DNA of 64,000 bases from a virus. Its lineage: Duplodnaviria; Caudoviricetes. Within the stretch, counting starts at the first letter, position 1. The number at the start of each line of letters is the position of its first letter. The translations under genes were made by a program, and so were the position numbers. Below the pieces are notes generated by a model. The model worked only from the letters and a program-made list of their open reading frames with translations, was not told where the DNA came from and ran no database searches. Positions 1-9,401 of this stretch are shown here, in pieces. The stretch covers positions 1-64,000 of the IMG/VR virus record IMGVR_UViG_3300048670_001567. One strand, given 5' to 3'.

Positions 1-637
1 GACCTGGAGAGACGAAATATTTGATAGCAACAGCAAATTGTCGGTTCAATCAAAAAAACATATATTTAAAAATTTTATCAATTTTAATGAAAAATTAACC
101 ATTGATGGAGACAAAATACCAGGATCTGCCAGTGGTAGTATACCAATATGTGTAACAGTTGAAGATGCAAAAAAAAATATGTTAAATCTAGAAAGTTTCT
201 GGCACGTGGTCACAGAAACAGTTTTCTATTATGACAAACTGCACCTGACTGAAAAAATATTCAAACCCATAGTTAGCAAACAACCATTCATGTTGTTGGC
301 AGCACCTGGAAATCTGGCTTATCTAAAAAGATATGGATTCAAAACTTTTGACAGCGTCATCGATGAGAGTTACGATGACATACAGGACCCCGATCAGCGT
401 ATAGATGCAGTGGTGGATCAGTTGAATTGGTATTGTAATCTGACAGATGCAGAAAAATTAGACATTGCTAGGAAATTGGAACCCATAATTGAGCACAATT
501 TCCACCATTTCTACGGGGAATTCCGACACATCATCACACGGGAGTTATTGGACAACTGTCAAACACTGTTCAAAGAAATAGGCTATGACGATAGTAACAT
601 AGCCTACGATGACATATACCGAGTTGTTACTGCTTGA
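1..637 (+). CDS. 5'-truncated putative glycosyltransferase-like protein (GT10/fucosyltransferase-like C-terminus)
   Basis: Frame is open from the window edge; VTET...TEKIFKPI...PF...GFKTF...DESYD pattern; AT-rich; related to 37684..38799. Confidence 0.45.
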   Translation, partial: TWRDEIFDSNSKLSVQSKKHIFKNFINFNEKLTIDGDKIPGSASGSIPICVTVEDAKKNMLNLESFWHVVTETVFYYDKLHLTEKIFKPIVSKQPFMLLAAPGNLAYLKRYGFKTFDSVIDESYDDIQDPDQRIDAVVDQLNWYCNLTDAEKLDIARKLEPIIEHNFHHFYGEFRHIITRELLDNCQTLFKEIGYDDSNIAYDDIYRVVTA

Positions 638-650
638 GATTTAGTCGAAC

Positions 651-842
651 TTAACGGTAATCGCCACCCAGATTGGCAGCGTCAAAGATATAATCTCGGA
701 CACGCTCAGGCTGTAGAACAAACACATCAATTGGCATGGCACCGTCAAATGCCTGGTTGGGACGATTCCACCAACGCTCTACCAGAGTCTGATCTCCCAG
801 TATGGCAAATAGCAATCCGTCTAGTCGGGTTTTTTCAAGCAT
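651..842 (-). CDS. Xre/MbcA/ParS antitoxin C-terminal-domain-like small protein
   Basis: LGDxxLVERWWNRPNQAFDGAMPID resembles the W..PN..L.G..P.D motif. Confidence 0.5.
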   Translation of the reverse strand: MLEKTRLDGLLFAILGDQTLVERWWNRPNQAFDGAMPIDVFVLQPERVRDYIFDAANLGGDYR

Positions 843-892
843 GATTGTTACACTCCATCAAATTACTTATCTGATGGAGTGTTAACATTTTA

Positions 893-1156
893 CTACATGC
901 TCCAGTATCGTTCTGAACTGGGATCACAGCAGTGGGGAGTATTGATGGCGATTTCCTGTTCCTGGCCAGTCATAAGATTCTTAACAGTGCGAGTCAGCGG
1001 CTGGGCAAAGGCCTGATATTCACCGTCTTCCATAACAGCATATCTGACTGCTTTGGCATTGCGGTTCATGCAGGTGGCACCACGTTGCGCACCACTACGA
1101 CTGCGGTACCACTTGATGCTGACAAAGCTGATGGTATCGTAAACAGTATATCCCAT
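893..1156 (-). CDS. Hypothetical early phage protein
   Basis: GGAG RBS and consensus sigma70 promoter; C-terminal TPHCCDPSSERYWSM. Confidence 0.7.
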   Translation of the reverse strand: MGYTVYDTISFVSIKWYRSRSGAQRGATCMNRNAKAVRYAVMEDGEYQAFAQPLTRTVKNLMTGQEQEIAINTPHCCDPSSERYWSM

Positions 1157-1188
1157 GATCTGCACTCCTGTGCTGTTAATGTGTGTCT

Positions 1189-1217
1189 ATTATACGACCA
1201 ATACGTCAGTTTGTCAA
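1189..1217 (-). promoter_or_regulatory. Consensus sigma70 early promoter
   Basis: TTGACA-N17-TATAAT on the minus strand. Confidence 0.85.
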
Positions 1218-1224
1218 CTACTGG

Positions 1225-1494
1225 TTAAACTGCAGTCAGCATGCTGCCCGGCACACGGTAGCGAGTGTTGCCCACCACCACAATGACGTTCTTGACCTTG
1301 ACATCGGCCACCACGCCCTGTACTGCGGTGCCTTTGCTATTGGTGAACTTGACCTGAGCACCACGACGCAGAGTGAATGCATTCTTGCGAGCAAGGTTGT
1401 TGGCAGCAAACTTGTAGGCATCGTAGAAACTACGAACTTCGTCGGCGGTGAAGTTGCCAGCGACGATTTCACGAACGATTTCTTGTGCAGTCAT
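1225..1494 (-). CDS. Hypothetical early protein (possible SH3/KOW-like fold)
   Basis: AAGGAG RBS before MTAQE; own promoter. Confidence 0.7.
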   Translation of the reverse strand: MTAQEIVREIVAGNFTADEVRSFYDAYKFAANNLARKNAFTLRRGAQVKFTNSKGTAVQGVVADVKVKNVIVVVGNTRYRVPGSMLTAV

Positions 1495-1524
1495 TGTATG
1501 CTCCTTGTTGTTCACTGTACCGCT

Positions 1525-1553
1525 ATTATATGATCTTTTGGTTGGATTGTCAA
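1525..1553 (-). promoter_or_regulatory. Consensus sigma70 early promoter
   Basis: TTGACA-N17-TATAAT. Confidence 0.85.
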
Positions 1554-1563
1554 GCAAAAATTA

Positions 1564-1914
1564 TCAGGAATTATAGATACAAAGGTGATTAACATTGGCA
1601 TGACCACCCACGGGGCGATAAATCTGCATTTCGCCATCCCATCCATCTGGATCAAACAGCACATCTTCGGGGCCCACTACAGTAAAACGAACTACCCGGC
1701 CGGTGACATGGCTCTGAATAAACAGTGCCGGTGGCATGCCCACCACATCGCTGGTCAATTTGAGCACGCCGCGTTGCTTGTCATATTCACAATCCACCAA
1801 AGACACAGTGGGAATCGTGTAGGTTTCCATGAGTCGGGCAGTTTGTGCTTGCAGTTGTCGGCCACGCTCCTGGATACTGGCAAAGCTGATGCGATTGCGA
1901 TAAAATTTGGACAT
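1564..1914 (-). CDS. Hypothetical early protein
   Basis: AGGAG RBS; own promoter. Confidence 0.7.
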   Translation of the reverse strand: MSKFYRNRISFASIQERGRQLQAQTARLMETYTIPTVSLVDCEYDKQRGVLKLTSDVVGMPPALFIQSHVTGRVVRFTVVGPEDVLFDPDGWDGEMQIYRPVGGHANVNHLCIYNS

Positions 1915-1948
1915 GGCGTTTGCTCCTGTGTTGTTACGTTATGCAGCA

Positions 1949-1977
1949 ATTATACTGCTAGTTAAACTTCCTGTCAA
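1949..1977 (-). promoter_or_regulatory. Consensus sigma70 early promoter
   Basis: TTGACA-N17-TATAAT. Confidence 0.85.
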
Positions 1978-2018
1978 GCAAAATTAAATACTAAAGTAGT
2001 GAGTTTCTGGAGACAATC

Positions 2019-2300
2019 ATGGAAAACGCATTTGGTCTCATATCTGAAGTTGGGTTTCCCATCGCCGCTGCCCTGGCTGGCGGGTACTTTGTTTTTCTGA
2101 CACTCAAGTTTATCTTGGCTGGCGTGTTATCGTCTATCAAAAACCTAACCGCAATAATCGTGACTCTGGACAATCGTGTCAAAGTCATGGTGCACGATGT
2201 CATCAGAATTGACATCAGACTCAGTAATATTCTAGGTGTGGAACCTGACATCGAGCGTATTTCACGTGCTGATGGCAAGGAAGACGCAAGAAAGGATTGA
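2019..2300 (+). CDS. Small membrane protein (GFP-TM-coiled coil; YvrJ-like or holin-like)
   Basis: GGAG RBS; VGFPIAA TM helix; paralogous to the next gene. Confidence 0.7.
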   Translation: MENAFGLISEVGFPIAAALAGGYFVFLTLKFILAGVLSSIKNLTAIIVTLDNRVKVMVHDVIRIDIRLSNILGVEPDIERISRADGKEDARKD

Positions 2301-2304
2301 TATC

Positions 2305-2571
2305 ATGGAACTAGCAGCACTGATTAACAAATTTGGATTCCCTGTAGTGGCTGCTGTGGGAATCAGTTACATGGTCTATTATGTCTGGCATTGGGCAACC
2401 ACAGAAGTTAAACCTGTAATCAGCGAGGCCAGCACCATGCTGATTGCCCTGATTGATCGTGTGCGTTGCCTGGACAATGATCTGATTCGCCTGCAACAGA
2501 AATTAAATGTGGTGATTCAGTTGCGCCGCAAACAGATCAATCAAGAGCGCAGTGATTGGGAAAATCACTGA
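2305..2571 (+). CDS. Small membrane protein, paralog of the previous gene
   Basis: FGFPVVA TM; LIDRVRCLDNDLIRL is similar to LDNRVKVMVHDVIRI. Confidence 0.7.
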   Translation: MELAALINKFGFPVVAAVGISYMVYYVWHWATTEVKPVISEASTMLIALIDRVRCLDNDLIRLQQKLNVVIQLRRKQINQERSDWENH

Positions 2572-2575
2572 TCGT

Positions 2576-3343
2576 CTAGAGACTGGCAATAATAGACCGG
2601 GCTTCGGGGATTCTGGTACGAGTGTTTCTGCTGCCCAAGACCACCACTACCCTGGGTCCTTGTGCAGTGTCAATCAGCATGACGATGCAACCACCGCTGG
2701 CACCAATATAACCAGTCTTACTAACCAAAACATTTTCGTTACCTGTTCTGACTATGGGATTGGTGTTGGGAAAATCTTTATGACTCTTGCGGGTGAGTAT
2801 GCTTACTTTGCTTTTTCCACTGGCATTGACAATTTCATCATAATAATTGGCTGCCAAAACCAGTTTGGACAAATCACGAGCATTGCTGATGTTGCCTGCA
2901 TCCAAACCAGTGGGATCTTCAAACTGAGTGTTGGACATACCCAGTCGCTGGGCTTCCTGATTCATTGCAGCCACACAGAAATCCACACCGCCGGGGTAGT
3001 TGTCACACAGAGTATAGGCAGCAAAATTATCACTCTTGACCATGGCCAGCTGAATCAATTCACGACGTGACAACATCTTGAGACTACGTGGAAGCCGTGT
3101 GTGGTATTGGCGGCTCAGTTTAAAGTTCAGCGGCACTGATTCTTCCAGGCTCTGACGAGCATTTAGTATCACAATCACTGTCATCAATTTGGTAATGCTG
3201 GCAATGGGCTGAGGCCTGTCGGCATTCTTTTCCACCAATACTGATCCAGCAGTGTCAGTAACTAGAAATGATCTGGCAGTGATGGCGCTGGCGCTGGCTG
3301 TGACACTAAAAATAAAAAACAGCAAAAAAGACAATAATCTCAT
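2576..3343 (-). CDS. D-alanyl-D-alanine peptidase, S11 family (PBP7/PbpG-like), with signal peptide
   Basis: SxxK (SITK), SDN and KTG motifs; N-terminal signal peptide. Confidence 0.9.
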   Translation of the reverse strand: MRLLSFLLFFIFSVTASASAITARSFLVTDTAGSVLVEKNADRPQPIASITKLMTVIVILNARQSLEESVPLNFKLSRQYHTRLPRSLKMLSRRELIQLAMVKSDNFAAYTLCDNYPGGVDFCVAAMNQEAQRLGMSNTQFEDPTGLDAGNISNARDLSKLVLAANYYDEIVNASGKSKVSILTRKSHKDFPNTNPIVRTGNENVLVSKTGYIGASGGCIVMLIDTAQGPRVVVVLGSRNTRTRIPEARSIIASL

Positions 3344-3386
3344 GTTTAGACATTCCCATTCAAAAAATCCAAACTACGTCTAATAC

Positions 3387-3596
3387 TTATTCGGGATTTT
3401 CGATGTCGTGCAGGGCCTGAGTCATGGTTTTAGTGGGAAACTTTAACTCCAAATTATTTTTTTGAGCAATATATCTGGTCTTGGCAATCTCTCTGGCTCT
3501 GGCAGCAGCCACCAGAACCAAATTAAATTGGTTACCACCCACCTGCTTGACACATTTTTGAACGTTGATATCACTACTAAAAATCTTGGGTTTCAT
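3387..3596 (-). CDS. rpoZ: RNA polymerase omega subunit-like protein
   Basis: VGGNQFNLVLVAAARAREI...ALHDI matches the omega core; GGAG RBS. Confidence 0.75.
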   Translation of the reverse strand: MKPKIFSSDINVQKCVKQVGGNQFNLVLVAAARAREIAKTRYIAQKNNLELKFPTKTMTQALHDIENPE

Positions 3597-3650
3597 TAGC
3601 ACTCCTTGTGTTGTCATATAACATAACATTAACAAATAACATAGTCAACA

Positions 3651-3675
3651 AAAACCCCACAATTTGTGGGGTTTT
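3651..3675. terminator. Intrinsic terminator
   Basis: AAAACCCCAC-aattt-GTGGGGTTTT. Confidence 0.75.
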
Positions 3676-3695
3676 GTCTGTTCAGCTAACAAATT

Positions 3696-3917
3696 TTACT
3701 TGGCGGCGAACAATTTGGCAGGGTCAAAATTCTTAGCACTGTCATATACGGTGCCAGCAAGTGCTGTGGAATAGTTGACCACGGCCTTGGTATATTCATA
3801 CTGAGCATCAATCAGTGAGTTGATTGAAGTGCGAGCAACTTCATTCTTAACCAATGTGTTGGTCATACTCTTTGCGCTGCTAACTACTGGTTCAATAAAT
3901 GATTCAAACTTAAACAT
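3696..3917 (-). CDS. Phasin-like small amphipathic helical protein
   Basis: Ala/Ser/Thr-rich helical 73-aa protein; strong RBS; family call by pattern only. Confidence 0.45.
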   Translation of the reverse strand: MFKFESFIEPVVSSAKSMTNTLVKNEVARTSINSLIDAQYEYTKAVVNYSTALAGTVYDSAKNFDPAKLFAAK

Positions 3918-3976
3918 AATTTTCTCCTTGTATCAAGCGAGAACATATTTGAAAACCCGCCCCATGCGGCATTTTC
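3918..3976 (-). promoter_or_regulatory. ROSE-like RNA thermometer leader
   Basis: UUCUC(G)CUUG-aua-CAAGGAGAA pairs with the SD with a bulged G; second hairpin upstream. Confidence 0.6.
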
Positions 3977-4056
3977 TGATCTCTACTTTATTTATCTATT
4001 ATAAACGAAATATTGTTGCACTGCAACAATATTTATAATATTTTTCAATCGGAAAT

Positions 4057-4085
4057 AAAAAAGCCGCCTCAGGGCGGCTTTTTTT
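4057..4085. terminator. Bidirectional intrinsic terminator downstream of pqqA
   Basis: AAAAAAGCCGCC-tcag-GGCGGCTTTTTTT. Confidence 0.85.
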
Positions 4086-4101
4086 GGTACAGTCACTCAA
4101 A

Positions 4102-4173
4102 TTAACGAGCGGCGATGTACATGGTGACTTCAAAACCGAAACGTGCATCAATTGCTGTTGGCTTGGTCCACAT
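4102..4173 (-). CDS. pqqA: PQQ precursor peptide PqqA (23 aa, MWTKPTAIDARFGFEVTMYIAAR); absent from the ORF track
   Basis: MWTKP...RFGFEVTMY with the E-x-x-x-Y core; AAGGAG RBS 7 nt upstream; terminator downstream. Confidence 0.92.
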   Translation of the reverse strand: MWTKPTAIDARFGFEVTMYIAAR

Positions 4174-4300
4174 AGTCATTCTCCTTTGAAATAAATTAAG
4201 TAACTGCATACTGTTACACAATTACTTAGCAACTATGATATGGCAGAATCACCTGAAAAGCATGCATATAATCATTAAATTATACTAGTGCTAAATGCTA

Positions 4301-5188
4301 CTAAATTTTTAATTTGATGTAATCCACAATGCTTTGTGCCATGTCCTGATTGCAATATTTGTCCATGCCAGAAAATCCCGGGCTTGAGTTGGCCTCGCAG
4401 ACCAAGAATCCATTTTTATCAAACAGCAAGTCAACCCCAGCAATTTCCAGACCCAGTGCTGCAGCGGTCTGGGTGGCAATGCGATCTATTTCTTCTGTGA
4501 TTTCGTAAGACTCACCGTGACCACCGTTGCTGATATTTGCACGGAAGTCCCCATCAGCAGCCGTGCGCTTCATTGCAGCCACTGACTTGCCACCGATGAC
4601 CCAGACGCGCAAGTCTGCGCCAACCTGCGAGTCCACAAACTCCTGTATGATAAGAGTTTTCTTCAAAGCAATGGAACTCAACAGATTCATCAGACCCAGG
4701 AAGATCTTCTTGGTTTCACAGAGGTATACGGTTTTTCCTTTGCTGCCGCTGGTGGCTTTGACTACGCAAGGAAAACCAATTTCAGACTGTATCAGATCCA
4801 CATCCACGTCACCGTTAACCAGAATGGTTTTGGGTATGGGGATATGTGCTCGAGTTAGAATCTGACTGGTCCACAACTTGTCTTTGACAATGTGTATGCT
4901 TTCACTGTTGTTGATCACAGGGACCCCAAACTTTTCCAACTGTCTCATCAGTGCCAGGGTAAAATAGTTGGATCCCGCGCCAGTTCTGCTCAGAACCAAA
5001 TTGGGCAGACTGATTTTCTCCCCCCGATATCTGATACTTTTTACTGTGCCGCGGCTGACAATAATATCAAAATATTTGGGCTCATATATTTCTGCTTCGT
5101 AGCCATTCTGAATCAGACATTCTTTCAGTCTGATATTTTCGTAACCAGTAAGTTCAGTAGCGTAGTGTAGTATCCAGACTCGTTTCAT
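4301..5188 (-). CDS. RimK-family ATP-grasp ligase
   Basis: DKLWTSQIL, PKT, GFPCVVK, GSKG, IIQEF, DLRV, FRANISNGG, AGVDLL, EANSSPG. Confidence 0.9.
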   Translation of the reverse strand: MKRVWILHYATELTGYENIRLKECLIQNGYEAEIYEPKYFDIIVSRGTVKSIRYRGEKISLPNLVLSRTGAGSNYFTLALMRQLEKFGVPVINNSESIHIVKDKLWTSQILTRAHIPIPKTILVNGDVDVDLIQSEIGFPCVVKATSGSKGKTVYLCETKKIFLGLMNLLSSIALKKTLIIQEFVDSQVGADLRVWVIGGKSVAAMKRTAADGDFRANISNGGHGESYEITEEIDRIATQTAAALGLEIAGVDLLFDKNGFLVCEANSSPGFSGMDKYCNQDMAQSIVDYIKLKI

Positions 5189-5256
5189 TGTGGTGTCTCA
5201 AATGATGTGCAACATTCTACAATACTTATTATCTGGAATACTTTAATGTTTTATTA

Positions 5257-5580
5257 CTAAAGCATATGCGGTTCTTGTTGATCAATGCGTTTTAGAATTT
5301 CTTCATAAAACGTATCCGCTTCCCCACCAAATTTTCCCATTAAATGTTCGATGCATTGGCGGCAATATTCATATTGTTGAGTCCGATACCCGTGTAAGAA
5401 ATCATTATGCAGTTTGATCCAGTGTTCCAACTGGGGCAGTTCTGCAAGTCCGATTTTATCTCCAGGGATCAGACAAAAAACATCCAGAGTTTGTCCATCT
5501 TGTTCCAGAGTTTCCAGATCCAGGACTGTATATTTTTCTCTTAATTTTTCTGCGTTTTCTCGACCAAAAATTAATTGCAT
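5257..5580 (-). CDS. Hypothetical protein
   Basis: ORF in operon context (start MQLIF). Confidence 0.65.
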   Translation of the reverse strand: MQLIFGRENAEKLREKYTVLDLETLEQDGQTLDVFCLIPGDKIGLAELPQLEHWIKLHNDFLHGYRTQQYEYCRQCIEHLMGKFGGEADTFYEEILKRIDQQEPHML

Positions 5581-5585
5581 GACAT

Positions 5586-6125
5586 TTACCTTTCTTTTTT
5601 CTTTACACCAGTCTGAGCGAAAATAATTTGCACTGCCTGAGCCTGGCTTACACAATCCGCCAGTGCGTTGTGTAATCCTGCACTGTTCTTATTTCTGGGG
5701 TCTCCGTGCGTGCTCAATAAAGTGCGACTATCACGAATTTGCCAATAGTTCCAGGGTACAGGCTTACCCAGTTGTCTATAAAGATTTTCTAAAATTACAA
5801 TATCAAACACCGGTCCCTGTGCCCAGATGCAATCGACCCCCACTAGGAATCTGTTCAGCTCTGCAGTAAAATTTTCCAGACTGATTCGATTGTCTGGACC
5901 CAGAGCTTCTTCTCTGACATCTTCCGCCTGTCGTCCCCACCAGTCAACAGTGGTGTCATCCACGTGTCGACCCAAAGCGATCTGCTCATCTACATCAACA
6001 CGGTGATAGATTCCTGCGCCAAGATTTTCACTATGGGGATCAAACTTAACCGCACCCATGGTCAGTATGACTGCATCGGGTCTGGTGCTCAATGTTTCCA
6101 AATCCAACATAATTGAAAAACTCAT
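5586..6125 (-). CDS. DEDDh 3'-5' exonuclease
   Basis: MLDLETL, FD, RDSRT, HNALAD motifs. Confidence 0.85.
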   Translation of the reverse strand: MSFSIMLDLETLSTRPDAVILTMGAVKFDPHSENLGAGIYHRVDVDEQIALGRHVDDTTVDWWGRQAEDVREEALGPDNRISLENFTAELNRFLVGVDCIWAQGPVFDIVILENLYRQLGKPVPWNYWQIRDSRTLLSTHGDPRNKNSAGLHNALADCVSQAQAVQIIFAQTGVKKKER

Positions 6126-6176
6126 TTTATTCCTTTGCTGAAGAGCACAGAAATATCATGGTGTTTTCTGTAATTT

Positions 6177-6644
6177 TCATTTGGGTTTTTTAGTCTGGGC
6201 TTCTGCCACACGCTTGCGCAAGTTAGACGAGCTAAAACTATGATCGCGACCGTTATAAATTATTTCTATACCACGTTTACTGCAGATTTCTTTGCCGGTA
6301 AAATCTTTATCCGCATACTCCACCCCCAGTATTCTGGCATCAATGGGCAGAGTCAACAAAATATCTTCCAGATCTTTTTCAGTCTGATAGACCACAACTT
6401 CGTCCACATAACGAGTTGCAGCCAACTGAATTTGTCGTTCCACAATGCTCTGCACTGGTGGATTTTTGGTGTCGGGCCGGTCAATGGTGGGATCGGTTTG
6501 TAAACCTGCAATCAGATAATCACAGTGATTCTTGGCCTCGGCCAGCATGGCAATATGTCCAGCATGCAGCAGGTCAAAGGTACTAAAAGTAATACCTATC
6601 TTCAGACCCTTGTCTTTTAATTCTCTGACTTTGTTGAATATCAT
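6177..6644 (-). CDS. Cytidylyltransferase (TagD-like)
   Basis: TFDLLHAGH (HxGH); SSSNLR. Confidence 0.88.
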   Translation of the reverse strand: MIFNKVRELKDKGLKIGITFSTFDLLHAGHIAMLAEAKNHCDYLIAGLQTDPTIDRPDTKNPPVQSIVERQIQLAATRYVDEVVVYQTEKDLEDILLTLPIDARILGVEYADKDFTGKEICSKRGIEIIYNGRDHSFSSSNLRKRVAEAQTKKPK

Positions 6645-6967
6645 TCGGTTGGTTCTAATTTAATCTGCAAGGGGAATCCGTTATTTCTGGCCAATTGTGT
6701 GGCTTCAACACCCTTCTGCTCAGCCATTTCATAAGGCAACACCGCAACAACTCCAGCCCCTTGCTCATGTATGACTCGGGTCAAATCCTGGGCATTTTCT
6801 CTGCTGTGATCAAAAATGGCCACCAGAGTTTCAATCACAAACTCCATGGTGGTGACTTCATCATTGATGTAGATGACCTTGTACTGGGGAGGTTCTTTGA
6901 GATCAAAATTTGGTGTTGCACGTACCTTGACATCTGTCTGCTGCTGGCTCATTCGTATTATTTCCAT
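6641..6967 (-). CDS. clpS: Clp protease adaptor ClpS
   Basis: PPQYKVIYINDEVTTMEFV...IHEQG...FPL. Confidence 0.92.
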   Translation of the reverse strand: MEIIRMSQQQTDVKVRATPNFDLKEPPQYKVIYINDEVTTMEFVIETLVAIFDHSRENAQDLTRVIHEQGAGVVAVLPYEMAEQKGVEATQLARNNGFPLQIKLEPTE

Positions 6968-7016
6968 TTAAATTAAACAGGGGCAGCAAATCACCGCCCC
7001 TGTACTACTAATTATA

Positions 7017-7454
7017 TTACTTTTGGAAAGTAATCGCAATTTTCTTTGGCTTGGCTGACTCAGGAACAATGTGTTCCAGAGACACAGTCAGAATGCCATT
7101 TTTAACTGAAGCATTGCGAACTTCAACATTTTCGTGCAGAGCAAACGTGCGGACGAAATTGCGGGCAGCGATGCCCTGGTGCAGATATGTGGTGCCTTCA
7201 GGAATTGATCGCTTGTTTTCGCCGCGAATGATCAATTCCAGATCCACCACCTCAACGTCGAGTTCAGCTTCCTCAAATCCTGCCACAGCAACTTCAATCA
7301 GATAGGCAGTTTCGCTCTGCTTGATGATGTTGTAGGGCGGATAGTTAGTACCATTCAGTGTGCCTGCAGTGCGATGCAGTTCGTCAAAAATACGATCAAA
7401 GCCCACCGCAAAACGGTGAATATTTGGTAAATCTAGTGTATACATTTGTGTCAT
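7017..7454 (-). CDS. Small heat-shock protein (Hsp20/IbpA-like)
   Basis: GFDRIF, NYPPYNI, AVAGF, YLHQGIAARNF, NGIL, PKKIAI. Confidence 0.95.
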   Translation of the reverse strand: MTQMYTLDLPNIHRFAVGFDRIFDELHRTAGTLNGTNYPPYNIIKQSETAYLIEVAVAGFEEAELDVEVVDLELIIRGENKRSIPEGTTYLHQGIAARNFVRTFALHENVEVRNASVKNGILTVSLEHIVPESAKPKKIAITFQK

Positions 7455-7506
7455 TTTGGTTTCTCCTTTAATTAAGCAAGATAAATTTGGACCCTGTTAG
7501 GCGTCC
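7455..7506 (-). promoter_or_regulatory. ROSE-like RNA thermometer (hsp20)
   Basis: UCUU(G)CUU pairs with AAGGAGA; 22 bp identical to the dnaK leader (7461-7482 vs 9407-9428). Confidence 0.7.
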
Positions 7507-9401
7507 TTTTTCACTTCAGTAAATTCAGCATTGACTACTCCATCATCTGAATTTGCTGCAGTGTTGGTTTCGGCAGCAGGTTGTTCTGCTGCACGTGCCG
7601 CTTCATACAACGGCATTGCTGGTTCAAACAATTGACCCACTGCCTCAGTGATCTTGGTGGCATCATCGCCAGCCATGGCAGTTTCCAGTGCCGTAATGGC
7701 TGCATCAATTTTAGTGCGTTGTTCTTCAGTGATCTTGTCACCGTGTTCACTGAGATTCTTGCGAATATCATGCAGTTGTTGTTCGCCACTGTTCTTGGCA
7801 TCAATCAGCTCACGTGCCTGCTTGTCAGCATCGGCATTGGCTTCAGCATCCTGCACCATGCGTTGAATTTCTTCTTCAGTCAATCCACTGTTGGCTTTAA
7901 TGGTGATCTTATTTTCCTTGCCAGTGTTCTTGTCACGGGCTGAAACCTTGAGGATACCGTTGGCATCAATGTCCAGAGTGATTTCAATCTGCGGAGTGCC
8001 ACGTGGTGCTGGTTGAATTCCTTCCAGATTAAATTCGCCCAGACGCTTGTTGTCACGAACAAACTCACGCTCGCCCTGTGCAACCACCACAGTCACAGCA
8101 GGTTGGTTATCGTCTGCGGTGCTGAACACTTGTGTGGCTTTGGTGGGGATAGTGGTGTTTTTCTTGATCAACTTGGTCATAACACCACCCACTGTTTCAA
8201 TGCCCAGGCTCAGTGGAGTAACGTCCAGTAGCAACACATCCTTCTTGTCGCCACTCAGGACTGCGCCCTGAATAGCTGCGCCCACTGCCACTGCTTCGTC
8301 AGGATTGACGTCCTTGCGAGGAGTACGACCAAAGTATTTTTCCACTGCGGCTTGTACCAGAGGCATGCGAGTTTGGCCGCCCACCAGAATAACATCACTG
8401 ATGTCTTCCAGCTTGACACCAGCATCCTTGACTGCGACCTTGCAGGGCTCAATACTGCGATTGATCAGATCCTCCACCATGCTTTCAAACTTGGCACGGG
8501 TGATCTTGACCACCAGGTGCTTGGGACCGGTGGGGTCCATGGCAATATAGGGCTCGTTGACTTCCACCTGAGCACTGCTACTGAGTTCGATCTTGGCGCG
8601 CTCTGCAGCACTCTTGACACGTTGTAGCGCAATGGCATCCTTGGTTAGATCAATACCAGTCTGGCCACGGAATTCTTCACACAGATGATCAATCAGTCGT
8701 TGGTCAAAGTCTTCACCGCCCAGGAATGTATCACCGTTGGTGCTCAGGACTTCAAACTGTTTTTCACCATCAACACTGCTGATTTCAATAATACTGATGT
8801 CAAACGTGCCACCGCCCAGGTCATAGACTGCGATCTTGCGGTCAGCCTTCTCATTCTTGTCCATGCCAAATGCCAATGCAGCAGCAGTGGGTTCATTGAT
8901 AATGCGCTTGACTTCCAGTCCAGCGATGCGGCCAGCATCCTTGGTGGCCTGACGTTGCGCATCATTAAAGTATGCCGGCACAGTGATCACTGCTTCGGTG
9001 ACTTCATAGCCCAGGTAATCTTCGGCAGTCTTCTTCATCTTGCGCAGAACTTCAGCTGAAATCTGCGGTGGGGCTTTGCGGTCGCCACGAATGTTGACCC
9101 AGGCATCGCCATTATCAGCAGCCACGATTTCGTAGGGCATTAGGTCGATGTCTTTTTGTACAGCCTGCTCAGTGAACTTGCGACCAATCAGACGCTTGGA
9201 TGCATACACTGTGTTTTTGGGATTGGTTACTGCTTGTCGCTTGGCTGGTGCACCAACAAGAATTTCGTCGTCGGTGTAAGCAACAATGCTGGGTGTGGTG
9301 CGGGCGCCTTCTGAGTTTTCAATTACTTTGGCTGCGCCGTTTTCCAGGATGGCCACGCACGAATTCGTGGTTCCAAGATCAATGCCGATAATCTTAGACA
9401 T
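7497..9401 (-). CDS. dnaK: Chaperone DnaK (Hsp70)
   Basis: [25 protein letters not shown]; full length. Confidence 0.98.
   Translation of the reverse strand: MSKIIGIDLGTTNSCVAILENGAAKVIENSEGARTTPSIVAYTDDEILVGAPAKRQAVTNPKNTVYASKRLIGRKFTEQAVQKDIDLMPYEIVAADNGDAWVNIRGDRKAPPQISAEVLRKMKKTAEDYLGYEVTEAVITVPAYFNDAQRQATKDAGRIAGLEVKRIINEPTAAALAFGMDKNEKADRKIAVYDLGGGTFDISIIEISSVDGEKQFEVLSTNGDTFLGGEDFDQRLIDHLCEEFRGQTGIDLTKDAIALQRVKSAAERAKIELSSSAQVEVNEPYIAMDPTGPKHLVVKITRAKFESMVEDLINRSIEPCKVAVKDAGVKLEDISDVILVGGQTRMPLVQAAVEKYFGRTPRKDVNPDEAVAVGAAIQGAVLSGDKKDVLLLDVTPLSLGIETVGGVMTKLIKKNTTIPTKATQVFSTADDNQPAVTVVVAQGEREFVRDNKRLGEFNLEGIQPAPRGTPQIEITLDIDANGILKVSARDKNTGKENKITIKANSGLTEEEIQRMVQDAEANADADKQARELIDAKNSGEQQLHDIRKNLSEHGDKITEEQRTKIDAAITALETAMAGDDATKITEAVGQLFEPAMPLYEAARAAEQPAAETNTAANSDDGVVNAEFTEVKKDA

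Noticed and set aside
7535-9391. Many antisense or alternate-frame ORFs here and elsewhere (e.g. 11038..11769, 18528..19352, 46179..46871, 54583..55329)
   Set aside because: Shadows of well-supported genes; no RBS or motifs
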